From NCBI GenBank assembly GCA_036149055.1, contig JAYZQJ010000240.1:1-59341 (forward strand): a stretch of DNA of 59,341 bases, given 5' to 3'. How positions within the stretch are numbered: position 1 is the first letter of the stretch; every line of letters starts with the position of its first letter. Below the pieces are notes generated by a model. It saw nothing but the letters and a program-made list of their open reading frames with translations, had not been told where the DNA came from and ran no database searches. This document shows, piece after piece, positions 8,442-17,413 of this stretch. Source of the stretch: Myxococcota bacterium. GTDB taxonomy: Bacteria; Myxococcota_A; Polyangia; Polyangiales; Sandaracinaceae. The translations under genes were made by a program, and so were the position numbers.

Positions 8442-10844
8442 ATGCCGCTCGACGCGCTCCGCAGCCGACTCACGATCGACGGCGCCCCGCACGGGGTGGC
8501 CGCGTTCCGCGTCGTCGAGGCGCTCGACGCGCCGTTCCGGGTGACCGCGCACGTGCAGGTGGACGACGCGATGACCGACACCAGCGCCTGGGTCGGCACC
8601 GACGCGGCGCTCGTGCTGGAGCGCCTCCCCAACCTGCGCCGCTTCGTCGGCCTGGTCACCGCCGCGTCCGATCCCCGCGCGCACACCACCGGCACCGCGG
8701 GCGGCATCGTCCGGGTGGAGATCGAGCCCGCCCTCTCCTGGCTCGCGCGCCGGCGGAACACCCGCATGTTCCAGGCGAAGACCGCGCCCGAGATCCTCGA
8801 GGCGGTGCTCGGCGAGGCGCTCGGCGCGTACGGTCGCAGCGCGCGGCTCGAGCTCGACGAGGCCTACGCCCGCCGCGAGTACTGCATGCAGTACCAGGAG
8901 ACCGACCTCGACTTCGTCTCGCGGCTGATGGAGGAGGAGGGGATCACCTACACCTTCGACCACGACGGCGACGTCGAGGTCCTCGTGCTCCGCGACCGCA
9001 ACGGGGCGAGCGAGCCGGTGGAGAACGCGCCCACCGACGGAGAGGTGCGCTTCGATCCCCGCGACGTGCCGATCACCGAGTCGGAGCCGGTGCAGCACTT
9101 CTCGACCGAGACGCGCGCCACCCCCACCGCGGTGACCGCGCGCGACTTCGACTGGACGGCGGGGCGCGACGCCCTCGAGAGCGAGGCGCCCGGCGCCGAC
9201 GCGCGCGGCCACGTCCGGGAGTCGTACGAGCACGGCGAGGGCCGGAGCTTCACCATCGGTGACTACGACGAGGGCGTCCGCCGCTACCAGTCGCAGGACG
9301 GCGCCCGGCGCGTCGCGGTGCGGCGGGAGGAGCTGGTCTCGGGGGCCGACGTGGGCGCCGGGCTCGGCCGCGTGATCGGCTTCACGCCGGGCCGCCGCTT
9401 CCGCCTGGTCGGCCACCCCGGGCTCGGCGACGCGGAGTGGCTGCTCCGCCGCGTGGTGCACTCGAGCGAGCCCGCGCCGGGCTTCGGCGGCGCGGCGGGC
9501 GCGGCGGACTATCACAACCGCTTCGAGGTCATCCCGCTCGAGACGCCTCACCGCCCGCACCGCGTGACCCCGAAGCCCCGGATCATGGGCGTGCAGACCG
9601 CGGTCGTGACCGGGCCGGCGGGCGAGGAGATCCACACCGACGAGTGGGGCCGGGTGAAGGTCCTCTTCCACTGGGACCGCGAGAGCCCGGCCGACGAGAC
9701 CTCGAGCGTCTGGCTGCGCTGCCGGCAGGAGTGGACCGGCAACGGCTTCGGCTGGCTCTGGACGCCGCGCATCGGCCACGAGGTGGTGGTGACCTTCGTC
9801 GACGGCGACCCCGACCGGCCCATCGCGTTCGGCGGCGTCTACGACGCGAACCACCTGCCGCCCTACGACCTGCCGGCGGAGAAGACCAAGAGCACGATCA
9901 AGTCGAACAGCTCGCTCGGGGGCGGCGGCTTCAACGAGATCCGCTTCGAGGACGCCGCGGGCTCCGAGGAGTACTTCTTCCACTCGCAGAAGGACACCAA
10001 CGAGATCATCCTGAACTGCGAGACGATCACGGTCGGCGCCAACCAGACGATCGACATCGGGAACGACCACGTCCAGACGATCGGGGTGAACCAGACCGAG
10101 GCGATCGGCGCCAACCAGACGCTGGACGTCGGCGCGAACCGGGGGGTCGACGTCGGCGCCACCTTCACCGAGGACATCACCGGGACGTCGACGATCCAGG
10201 TGGACGGCCACGCGACCGAGACGCTCGAGGCGGGCGAGACGCAGACGGTGCACGCGGGCCGGACCGAGACGGTGAACGGGGGCGAGACCCGCACGGTGAC
10301 CGGCGGCCAGACCGAGACGATCTCCGGCGGCCTGACCCAGACGGTGAGCGGCGGGCTCACCCAGACGGTGAACGGCGCGGTGACCGAGTCGTTCGACGGC
10401 AGCCACGCCTGCACGGTGACCGGGACGTTCACGCACAGCGTGGCCGCCGCGGTGACGGTGACGACGCCGTCGACCTACCGGCTGCTCTCACCGGCCGGCT
10501 ACACCAACATCGCGCTCGCCGGCCAGAACATCCTCGCGCCCGGCGGCTACCGGGTGATCGCCGCCTCCAACCAGACCTGGATCGCGCCGCTCTTCATCAA
10601 GCTCACCGGCATCAACGTCGAGGTCGAGGGCTTCAAGATGGAGTGGGACTCGTCGCTCAAGGCGAGCGTCACCGGCCTGAGCCTCGGGCTCACCGGGGTG
10701 AAGGCGGAGTTCGCGACCGGGCTCGAGCTGAAGAACGATCCGATCGAGATCAAGCAGACCGGCGCCGAGGCGAAGCTGGCCGGCTGCGTGGTGGAGATCG
10801 CCGGGGTCCACGTCTCGGTCAGCGCCGTCAAGCTGCAGGTGTAG
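8442..10844 (+). CDS. vgrG: VgrG/TssI (paralogue 3)
   Basis: QYQETDLDFVSRLMEEEGI, PRIGHEVVVTFVDGDPDRP and FNEIRFED motifs, then the same beta-repeat tail. Confidence 0.95.
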   Translation: MPLDALRSRLTIDGAPHGVAAFRVVEALDAPFRVTAHVQVDDAMTDTSAWVGTDAALVLERLPNLRRFVGLVTAASDPRAHTTGTAGGIVRVEIEPALSWLARRRNTRMFQAKTAPEILEAVLGEALGAYGRSARLELDEAYARREYCMQYQETDLDFVSRLMEEEGITYTFDHDGDVEVLVLRDRNGASEPVENAPTDGEVRFDPRDVPITESEPVQHFSTETRATPTAVTARDFDWTAGRDALESEAPGADARGHVRESYEHGEGRSFTIGDYDEGVRRYQSQDGARRVAVRREELVSGADVGAGLGRVIGFTPGRRFRLVGHPGLGDAEWLLRRVVHSSEPAPGFGGAAGAADYHNRFEVIPLETPHRPHRVTPKPRIMGVQTAVVTGPAGEEIHTDEWGRVKVLFHWDRESPADETSSVWLRCRQEWTGNGFGWLWTPRIGHEVVVTFVDGDPDRPIAFGGVYDANHLPPYDLPAEKTKSTIKSNSSLGGGGFNEIRFEDAAGSEEYFFHSQKDTNEIILNCETITVGANQTIDIGNDHVQTIGVNQTEAIGANQTLDVGANRGVDVGATFTEDITGTSTIQVDGHATETLEAGETQTVHAGRTETVNGGETRTVTGGQTETISGGLTQTVSGGLTQTVNGAVTESFDGSHACTVTGTFTHSVAAAVTVTTPSTYRLLSPAGYTNIALAGQNILAPGGYRVIAASNQTWIAPLFIKLTGINVEVEGFKMEWDSSLKASVTGLSLGLTGVKAEFATGLELKNDPIEIKQTGAEAKLAGCVVEIAGVHVSVSAVKLQV

Positions 10845-10850
10845 GAGTAC

Positions 10851-13502
10851 GTGAAGGTCGTCAAACCGATGTCGCTCGGCTTCCTGAGCCGACCCTTCGA
10901 GCACCAGCGTCAGCACCGCCTCACCCTCGAGGCGCTCGTCGCGTTCCCGCTGCGCGGGCCGATGCGGCTGGTGACCGAGCAGGACCTCTGGGGCGCGGTG
11001 CCCGAGGCGCTCGGTGAGCAGCCGATCCTCTCGGAGGGCATGCCCAAGTCGCGCCCCGAGATCCTGGCCGCCGGATCCGCGTGGCCGCGAGAGCGCCCGG
11101 CGAGCGTGTGCCCGGTGTCGATCGCGGTGGGCGAGTGGAAGAAGGATCTCGCCGTCGTGGGCGACCGCGAGTGGCGCGCCGGCGTCCCGACCGCCCCCGC
11201 GCCCTTCGAGTCGATGCCGCTGACGTGGGCGAACGCGTACGGCGGCGAGGGCTTCGCCCAGAACCCGGTCGGCAAGGGCGCCAAGCCCATCGAGGTCGGC
11301 GGCCGGCGCGTGCACCCGCTGCCCAACGTCGAGCTGCCCGGCCGGCTCATCGAGGCCCCCAAGGACACGCCGACCCCGGCCGGCTTCCGCGCGATCGACT
11401 TCACCGCGCCGTCGCGGAGCCGCTACCGCGGGACCTACGACCAGCGCTACGTGGAGCAGCACTTCCCGGGCGCGCCGCCCGACCAGGACTGGCGCATCTG
11501 GAACATGGCGCCCGAGGACCAGCAGCTCGACGCGCCGATCGCGCTCGACGCGCGCTTCCGGGTGGAGAACATGCACCCCGACCACCCGGTGCTCGAGGGC
11601 GCGCTGCCGGGCCTGCGGGCGCGCTGCTGGGCGATCGCCGGCGAGGTGCAGCCGATCGACAACCGCAAGCGGCCCAAGGGCGAGCTCGTCGAGGTGCCGA
11701 TGAAGCTCACCACCCTCTGGCTCTTCCCCGAGCGCGAGCTCGGCGTGATGATCCACCAGGGCGTGCTCGACGTGCGGGAGGACGACGCGCGGGACGTCTC
11801 GCTGATCCTCCTGGCCGCCGAGCGGGTCGGGGAGCCGCGCGAGCTCTCCCACTACGAGGAGGTCGTCCGGCGCCGCTACGACCCGGAGTGGGGCGCGATG
11901 TACGCGCTCTTCGAGGACGACCTCGTGCCCGGGGATCTCGCCGGCGAGATCCAGATGGAGCACCCGGAGCTGGCCCCGACCTACCCGATGAAGGAGCACC
12001 TCCAGCGGCGCGCGGACCGGGAGCGAGCCCGGGCGGAGGAGCGCGCGGCCGAGCACGACGTGAGCCTCGCGGAGATGGGGATCGGCGACGGGCCCGATCT
12101 GAACGCGCCGCTGCCGACGCTGCGCGAGCTGCCCGACCGGGTGCGCTCGCTGCGGGAGGAGCTCGACACGCGCGCCGCCGAGGCCGAGCAGGCCAAGGCC
12201 GACGCGATGGAGGAGCTGAAGCAGATCTGCGAGGAGCACGAGCTCGACCACGAGGAGATGCAGCGGCTGCTCGGCGTCGAGCACACCGGCCCGCCCGAGT
12301 TCACCGCGGTGGGTCAGCGCGAGCTGCTGCGCGAGCAGGTCCGGGAGGCGAACCGGCGCGAGATGTCGCTCGAGTGGCTCGAGCAGCAGGCCGAGGACCC
12401 GGAGGCGTTCGCGCGGTGGCAGCAGACGGAGACCCAGCTCCTCGACGCCTACCGCAAGAGCGCGCACATGCAGAGCCCCGCGCCGACCCAGGACGAGGAG
12501 GCGTCGAGGGCCGAGCGCGAGCGCCTCCTCGCCGACCTCGCGGCGGGGGCCAGCATGGACCGACGCGACCTGACCGGCCTCGATCTCTCGGGCGCGGATC
12601 TGCGCGGCGCCGATCTCTCCGGCGCGCTGATGGAGTCGGTCCGGCTCGAGGGCGCGCTCCTCGACGGGGCGCGGCTCGAGGGGACGGTGCTCGCGCACGC
12701 CGACCTGACCGCGGCGAGCCTGAAGGGCGCGTCGCTGCGGGGCGCGAACCTGGGCAAGGCGCGGCTCCGGCGCACCGCGTGCGACGAGGGCACCGACTTC
12801 AGCGACGCGACGATGGTGGAGCTGCGCGGCGACGAGGCGGGGCTCACCGGCGCCACGCTCACGGGCGCCCTCCTCCTCCGCGCGAGCCTGAAGGGCGCCG
12901 ACCTGAGCGGCGCGAAGCTCGGGCGCGCGACCCTCATCGAGGCGGTGATGAGCGGGTGCAAGCTCACCGGGGCGCACCTCGGCGGCGTCGCGCTGATCGA
13001 CATGGACCTCAGCGGCGTCGACTTCACCGAGGCGCAGGCGGCGGAGATGAACATGGTGGGCGGCTCGGTGAAGGGCGCGACGTTCGTGCGCGCGGACCTG
13101 ACCTCGGCGCGCTTCGTCATGCGCTGCGACGCGCGGGGCGCCGACTTCCGGCACGCGAAGATGCTCGACGCGAACCTCCGCGAGGCCGACCTCGAGGGCG
13201 CGGACCTGGGCGGCGCGACGCTGCACCGCGCGGACCTCGGCGAGGCGAACCTGCAGGGCGCCAAGCTCTACCGGATCGTGGCCCGGCGCTCGCGCTGGAC
13301 ACGCGCGGATCTCCGCGGGGCGACCCTGATGAGCGGCGACCTGATGGAGGCGGTGTTCGCGAAGGCCGACGTGCGCGGGGCCGACTTCCGGGGCGCGAAC
13401 CTCTTCGGCGCCGACTTCTCCCGGGTGCACGGCGACGAGGCCACGCGCTTCGACGAGGCCATCCGCGACCGCATGATCGTCTACCCGATGAGGCAGCCGT
13501 GA
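10851..13502 (+). CDS. DUF2169 T6SS adaptor fused to C-terminal pentapeptide repeats (TagAB-like)
   Basis: GDREW, PFESMPLTWANAYGG, NPVGKG, LPNVE, GTYD and NMAPEDQ motifs, then A(D/N)LxG repeats from about aa 575. AGGAG RBS. Confidence 0.9.
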   Translation: MKVVKPMSLGFLSRPFEHQRQHRLTLEALVAFPLRGPMRLVTEQDLWGAVPEALGEQPILSEGMPKSRPEILAAGSAWPRERPASVCPVSIAVGEWKKDLAVVGDREWRAGVPTAPAPFESMPLTWANAYGGEGFAQNPVGKGAKPIEVGGRRVHPLPNVELPGRLIEAPKDTPTPAGFRAIDFTAPSRSRYRGTYDQRYVEQHFPGAPPDQDWRIWNMAPEDQQLDAPIALDARFRVENMHPDHPVLEGALPGLRARCWAIAGEVQPIDNRKRPKGELVEVPMKLTTLWLFPERELGVMIHQGVLDVREDDARDVSLILLAAERVGEPRELSHYEEVVRRRYDPEWGAMYALFEDDLVPGDLAGEIQMEHPELAPTYPMKEHLQRRADRERARAEERAAEHDVSLAEMGIGDGPDLNAPLPTLRELPDRVRSLREELDTRAAEAEQAKADAMEELKQICEEHELDHEEMQRLLGVEHTGPPEFTAVGQRELLREQVREANRREMSLEWLEQQAEDPEAFARWQQTETQLLDAYRKSAHMQSPAPTQDEEASRAERERLLADLAAGASMDRRDLTGLDLSGADLRGADLSGALMESVRLEGALLDGARLEGTVLAHADLTAASLKGASLRGANLGKARLRRTACDEGTDFSDATMVELRGDEAGLTGATLTGALLLRASLKGADLSGAKLGRATLIEAVMSGCKLTGAHLGGVALIDMDLSGVDFTEAQAAEMNMVGGSVKGATFVRADLTSARFVMRCDARGADFRHAKMLDANLREADLEGADLGGATLHRADLGEANLQGAKLYRIVARRSRWTRADLRGATLMSGDLMEAVFAKADVRGADFRGANLFGADFSRVHGDEATRFDEAIRDRMIVYPMRQP

Positions 13503-14551
13503 CGCGCGACGAGCTGCTGGACGCGATCCGACACGGCGAGCCCATCCAGGGCGCCGATCTCTCGGGCATGGATCTGTCGGGCGCGGCGCTGAGCGGCGGG
13601 ATCTTCGAGACGGTCTCGCTGCGAGGCGCCAACCTGGCCGGGGCCCAGCTCGACGAGTCGGTGCTCTACGCGTGCGATCTCGCCGGGGCCGACCTCCGCG
13701 GCGCCAACCTGCGGCTCACCCAGCTCACCCGCAGCGACCTCCGGAACGCGGCGCTCGGCGACGCCAACCTGAACGGGGCCGGCTTCCACCGCTGCGACCT
13801 CGGCGGCGCCGACGCGACCCGCGCCGACCTTCGCTACGCCCAGCTCACCGAGTCCAAGCTGGTCGGGATGCGCTTCCCGCAGGCGCGCCTCTCGAACGCG
13901 GTGCTGAACGACGTGGACGCCTCGGAGGTGGAGCTCGGCGGGGCGGTGCTCTCGCAGACCACCCTCTACCTCGCCGACCTCCAGACGGCGAAGCTGGCGG
14001 GCGCGGTCTTCGATCGCACCATCCTGGTCGGCGCGAAGCTCGCCGGGCAGTCCTTCGCGGGCGTCGATCTCTCGCGCGTGCAGCTGATGGCCGCGGACCT
14101 GCGCGGCTGCGACTTCACCGGGGCGACGCTCGCTGGCACCAACTTCATGCAGGCGGATCTGAGCGAGGCCACCCTCGAGAAGGTGAAGGCGCCGCAGGCG
14201 ATGTTCGCCCAGGCGACGCTCGTGCAGACGAAGCTCGCGGGGGCCGAGCTGCCGCAGTCGCTCTTCAACGCCGCCGACCTGCGGCGCGCCGACTTCACGG
14301 GCGCCAAGCTCCAGAACGCCTACTTCGAGGAGGCGCGCGCCGCGACGGCGGTGTTCGTGCGCGCCGACCTCACCTACGCCAACTTCGCGAACGCCGACCT
14401 CTCGCACGCCGACTTCAGCGGTGCGACCCTGACGCGGGCGAGCCTGCACGGCATCGTGGAGGAGGGCGCGGTCTTCGGACCGAGCCGCGCGTCGGCGCTC
14501 GGGTCGGATCCCGAGCGCCTCCGCGCCGAACGTTTCGAGCCCAAGCTCTAG
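13499..14551 (+). CDS. Pentapeptide-repeat protein (TagB-like)
   Basis: GTG start overlaps the upstream TGA (GTGA). Continuous ADLSG/ANLAG/ADFTG repeats. Confidence 0.9.
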   Translation: MTRDELLDAIRHGEPIQGADLSGMDLSGAALSGGIFETVSLRGANLAGAQLDESVLYACDLAGADLRGANLRLTQLTRSDLRNAALGDANLNGAGFHRCDLGGADATRADLRYAQLTESKLVGMRFPQARLSNAVLNDVDASEVELGGAVLSQTTLYLADLQTAKLAGAVFDRTILVGAKLAGQSFAGVDLSRVQLMAADLRGCDFTGATLAGTNFMQADLSEATLEKVKAPQAMFAQATLVQTKLAGAELPQSLFNAADLRRADFTGAKLQNAYFEEARAATAVFVRADLTYANFANADLSHADFSGATLTRASLHGIVEEGAVFGPSRASALGSDPERLRAERFEPKL

Positions 14552-14559
14552 GAGGACCC

Positions 14560-15216
14560 ATGGCAGCGGCAGCAGACGAGTCGATCATCTCCTTCGCGGG
14601 CGCGGTGACCCAGGAGCTGGGCCGCGTGCGCGAGCACGAGGGCGGGCTGACGGTGGAGACCGAGGCCGGCACCTTCTCGGCCCGGCGCGCCGCGAGCTGC
14701 CTACTCGCCCCGGCCACCGGCGACCAGGTGCTGCTCGCCCGACCGGAGCGAGGCGTGTGCTTCGTGCTCGCCGTGCTGGTCCGCGCGGAGCCCGAGCGCG
14801 CCGCCGTCGTCGAGGTGGACGCGCCGGCGATGCACCTGAGGGCGCCGCGGGTCGAGGTGCTCGCCAAGGAGGGGATGCGCCTCATCAGCCAGGAGAAGAT
14901 CGCGCTCGTCGCGCAGCGGTTCGCGCTCGACGCGCGCGAGGGTCGCGTGTCGATCCAGCGGCTCGCCCTGGAGGGACGCGAGGTGCTCGCGCGGGCCGAC
15001 GTGCTCGACGGAGTCTTCGGCGCCATCGAGACCGCCGCCGAGCGGCTCACGCAGCGGCTCGGGCGCTCCTACCGCTTCGTGGAGGACACCGACAGCACGC
15101 ACGCGCACGACGTGGAGGTCCGCGCCGCGCAGAGCTTCGTCACCCGGGCGAAGGACGCCGTCCACCACGCTCGCCGCCTCTTCAAGGCGGACGGCGAGCA
15201 GGTCCACATCGGCTGA
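14560..15216 (+). CDS. DUF3540-family protein (TagC-like)
   Basis: Signature ARRAASCLLAPATGDQVL..FVLAVL, C-terminal DGEQVHIG, GGAGG RBS and conserved operon position. Confidence 0.85.
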   Translation: MAAAADESIISFAGAVTQELGRVREHEGGLTVETEAGTFSARRAASCLLAPATGDQVLLARPERGVCFVLAVLVRAEPERAAVVEVDAPAMHLRAPRVEVLAKEGMRLISQEKIALVAQRFALDAREGRVSIQRLALEGREVLARADVLDGVFGAIETAAERLTQRLGRSYRFVEDTDSTHAHDVEVRAAQSFVTRAKDAVHHARRLFKADGEQVHIG

Positions 15217-15225
15217 GGAGGAGAC

Positions 15226-15615
15226 ATGTTCGCGAACACCCAGATGGGCGGCCTCGACTTCGCCTTCCCCGACATCTGCAAGATCCCGCCGGCCGCGATC
15301 CCGATCCCCTTCCCCAACTTCGCGCTCGGCCCGATGGGCGTGCCGCCCTGCCCGAAGGTGCTCTTCGCCTGCGCGCCGGCGCACAACCTGGCCACGGTGA
15401 TCCCGACCTCCTTCGGCGACGAGCCGGGCGTGCTGGGCGGGATCATCTCGCAGACCATCAAGGGGCCCTCGCGTCACCTGACCGCGTCGTTCACCACGCT
15501 GGTGGGCGGGCTTCCGGCGACGCGGCTGACGAGCGTCACGCTGCAGAACCTCTGCAACGCGATCGGCATGCGCATCGTGCCGAGCCAGGTGAAGGTGCTG
15601 CTGCTCGCCCCCTGA
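15226..15615 (+). CDS. DUF4150 PAAR-like spike-tip protein (TagD-like), no toxin extension
   Basis: MFANTQ..FPDICK..PIPFPN..GDEPG..PSQVKVL. GAGGAG RBS. Confidence 0.9.
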   Translation: MFANTQMGGLDFAFPDICKIPPAAIPIPFPNFALGPMGVPPCPKVLFACAPAHNLATVIPTSFGDEPGVLGGIISQTIKGPSRHLTASFTTLVGGLPATRLTSVTLQNLCNAIGMRIVPSQVKVLLLAP

Positions 15616-16641
15616 TCAGATCAGGCGGTCGGTCCAGGTGCGCGGCGTCGCGTCGGTCACGATCTCGAGCTGCATGGCGTAGTCGAACGGGCGGGGCCCG
15701 CGCGCGCGGATGAAGGCCACGATGTCGCGGAGGCCGTCGTCCACGCTCCCGCGCGGGTCGTAGCCGAGCCGCTCGCGCGCCAGGTCGCTCGAGCAGGTCG
15801 CCACCTTCACCTCGCAGGGCCGCGGGTCGACGTAGACCGGCTCGAGCGGCGCGAAGCCGATGATGGCGGCGAGCCGCTCGGCGAGCGCGTTGATGCTGAT
15901 GAAGCCCTGCCCGGGCGAGCGGCTGTCGGGCCCGACGTTCACCGTGAGGCCGTCCATGCCCGGCTCGAGCACGAGCTTCACCAGGCAGTCCACGACGTCC
16001 TGCACCGGGCTGAAGCAGCGCTTCTGCTCGCCGTCCCCGTAGATGTAGGGCTGGCGCCCCTGCAGCATGAGGTTCGCCATGATCGAGGCGACGTTGCGGT
16101 AGGGGTCGTCGTACTTCTGGCGCGCGCCGATGATGTTGTGCGGCACGGCGACCACGCGCTCGACGCCGTGGGTGGTGGCGAGCTGATGGAGGAGCTGCTC
16201 GCTGCACACCTTGGCGATGCCGTAGGGATCGCGCGGGTTGGTCGCCTGCGACTCGGTGAAGGGCACCGGGTTGTCGCCGTAGCGCGCCATCGACGAGCAG
16301 TAGACGATGCGCTCCACGCCGTTCGCGATCGCGGCGGTGAAGGTGGCGACGGACGCCTGCACGTTGTTGCGCACGATGAGGGTCGGGCTGAAGACGCTCA
16401 GCCCCTCGTGCGCCGCCGACGCCGCGTGCACGACCACGTCGGCGCCCTCGGTGATCCGCTTCATCGCCTCGAGGTCGCAGCAGTCGACCACGTCGAGCTC
16501 GGCGCCCTCGGGCACGTTGTCGCGGTAGCCGCCGGTGAGATCGTCGCAGCCGCGCACCGAGCAGCCGAGCGCGAGCAGCCGCTCCGCGAGGTGGCTCCCG
16601 AGGAAGCCGGCGATCCCCGTGATGAAGACGTGGCGGCCCAC
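15616..16641 (-). CDS. NAD-dependent epimerase/dehydratase (extended SDR)
   Basis: ITGIAGFLGSH, SSMARYG, YGIAK (YxxxK) and YGDGEQKRCF motifs. Confidence 0.9.
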   Translation of the reverse strand: MGRHVFITGIAGFLGSHLAERLLALGCSVRGCDDLTGGYRDNVPEGAELDVVDCCDLEAMKRITEGADVVVHAASAAHEGLSVFSPTLIVRNNVQASVATFTAAIANGVERIVYCSSMARYGDNPVPFTESQATNPRDPYGIAKVCSEQLLHQLATTHGVERVVAVPHNIIGARQKYDDPYRNVASIMANLMLQGRQPYIYGDGEQKRCFSPVQDVVDCLVKLVLEPGMDGLTVNVGPDSRSPGQGFISINALAERLAAIIGFAPLEPVYVDPRPCEVKVATCSSDLARERLGYDPRGSVDDGLRDIVAFIRARGPRPFDYAMQLEIVTDATPRTWTDRLI

Positions 16642-16729
16642 GGGGGCGTTTATAGCACCGCCCGGCCGCCATGAGGTGACCGGGCTCGGTGTGGCTGCGC
16701 GACTCGGCGCCGCTGCGCGGCTCGGGGGC

Positions 16730-17296
16730 CTACTCGGCGTCCGCGACGTCGCCGGCGAGGGCGCGGAGCTCCGGGAGCCAGACGTCGAGCTCGGGGATGA
16801 GCTCGGCGACCTGCAGGCCCGCGGACTCGAAGCCCTCGCTGTGCTGCGCGAGCACGGTGAAGAGCTGGTGGAGCGCGGCGCGACGCTCGTCCTGGAGGGC
16901 GGCGACGCGCTCGTCGGAGAGCGCGGACAGCTCGGTCTCGAGCTCGGTGATCTGCGCGTCGAGGGCGTCCCGCTTCTCGCGCGCGCCGGCGAGCTTCTTC
17001 TCCAGCTTCGCGCGCTGGCGCTCCTCGCTCTTGGTGAGCGGCTGCGCGAGCTGCTCCTCCACGCGGGTGACGCCGTAGGCGCGGCCTTCGACCTCGCGGA
17101 GCGCGTCGGCGAGCTCGGGGTGGCTGGCCATCGCCAGCTGACGCTTCAGCTCGGCCTGCTTGCGCTCGAGCTGCGCGAGCTGCTGCTCGATGCGGAGGCG
17201 CTCTTTCTCGGCCTGCGCGTCGTCATCGGCGGAGGCCTGGCCCTCGGGGGCCGGGGTCGGGGGGAGGTCCAGGGACTCGGTCTGCTGCATCGCCAT
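16730..17296 (-). CDS. Hypothetical coiled-coil protein
   Basis: E/K/Q/L-rich heptad pattern and typical codon usage. Confidence 0.7.
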   Translation of the reverse strand: MAMQQTESLDLPPTPAPEGQASADDDAQAEKERLRIEQQLAQLERKQAELKRQLAMASHPELADALREVEGRAYGVTRVEEQLAQPLTKSEERQRAKLEKKLAGAREKRDALDAQITELETELSALSDERVAALQDERRAALHQLFTVLAQHSEGFESAGLQVAELIPELDVWLPELRALAGDVADAE

Positions 17297-17413
17297 GGGC
17301 CGGGTTCTGTACGCCCTCGGGGATCGGCTGTGAAGAAGTCACGTGTGATCCCGTGATATGCACGCGTCGTGAGGGAGGGGCCCCGCGATCCGTCCATGCC
17401 GCCGCCAGCGCGG

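Noticed and set aside
3491..13430. Very long antisense/alternate-frame ORFs (e.g. 5949-10436, 10488-13430, and similar ones throughout the window)
   Set aside because: Shadow ORFs expected from high GC3. They are Arg/Gly/Ala-rich, motif-free and overlap well-supported genes.
12560..14551. Qnr/MfpA quinolone-resistance genes
   Set aside because: The pentapeptide repeats are fused to or coupled with DUF2169 in a T6SS tag context; the repeat alone does not imply resistance.
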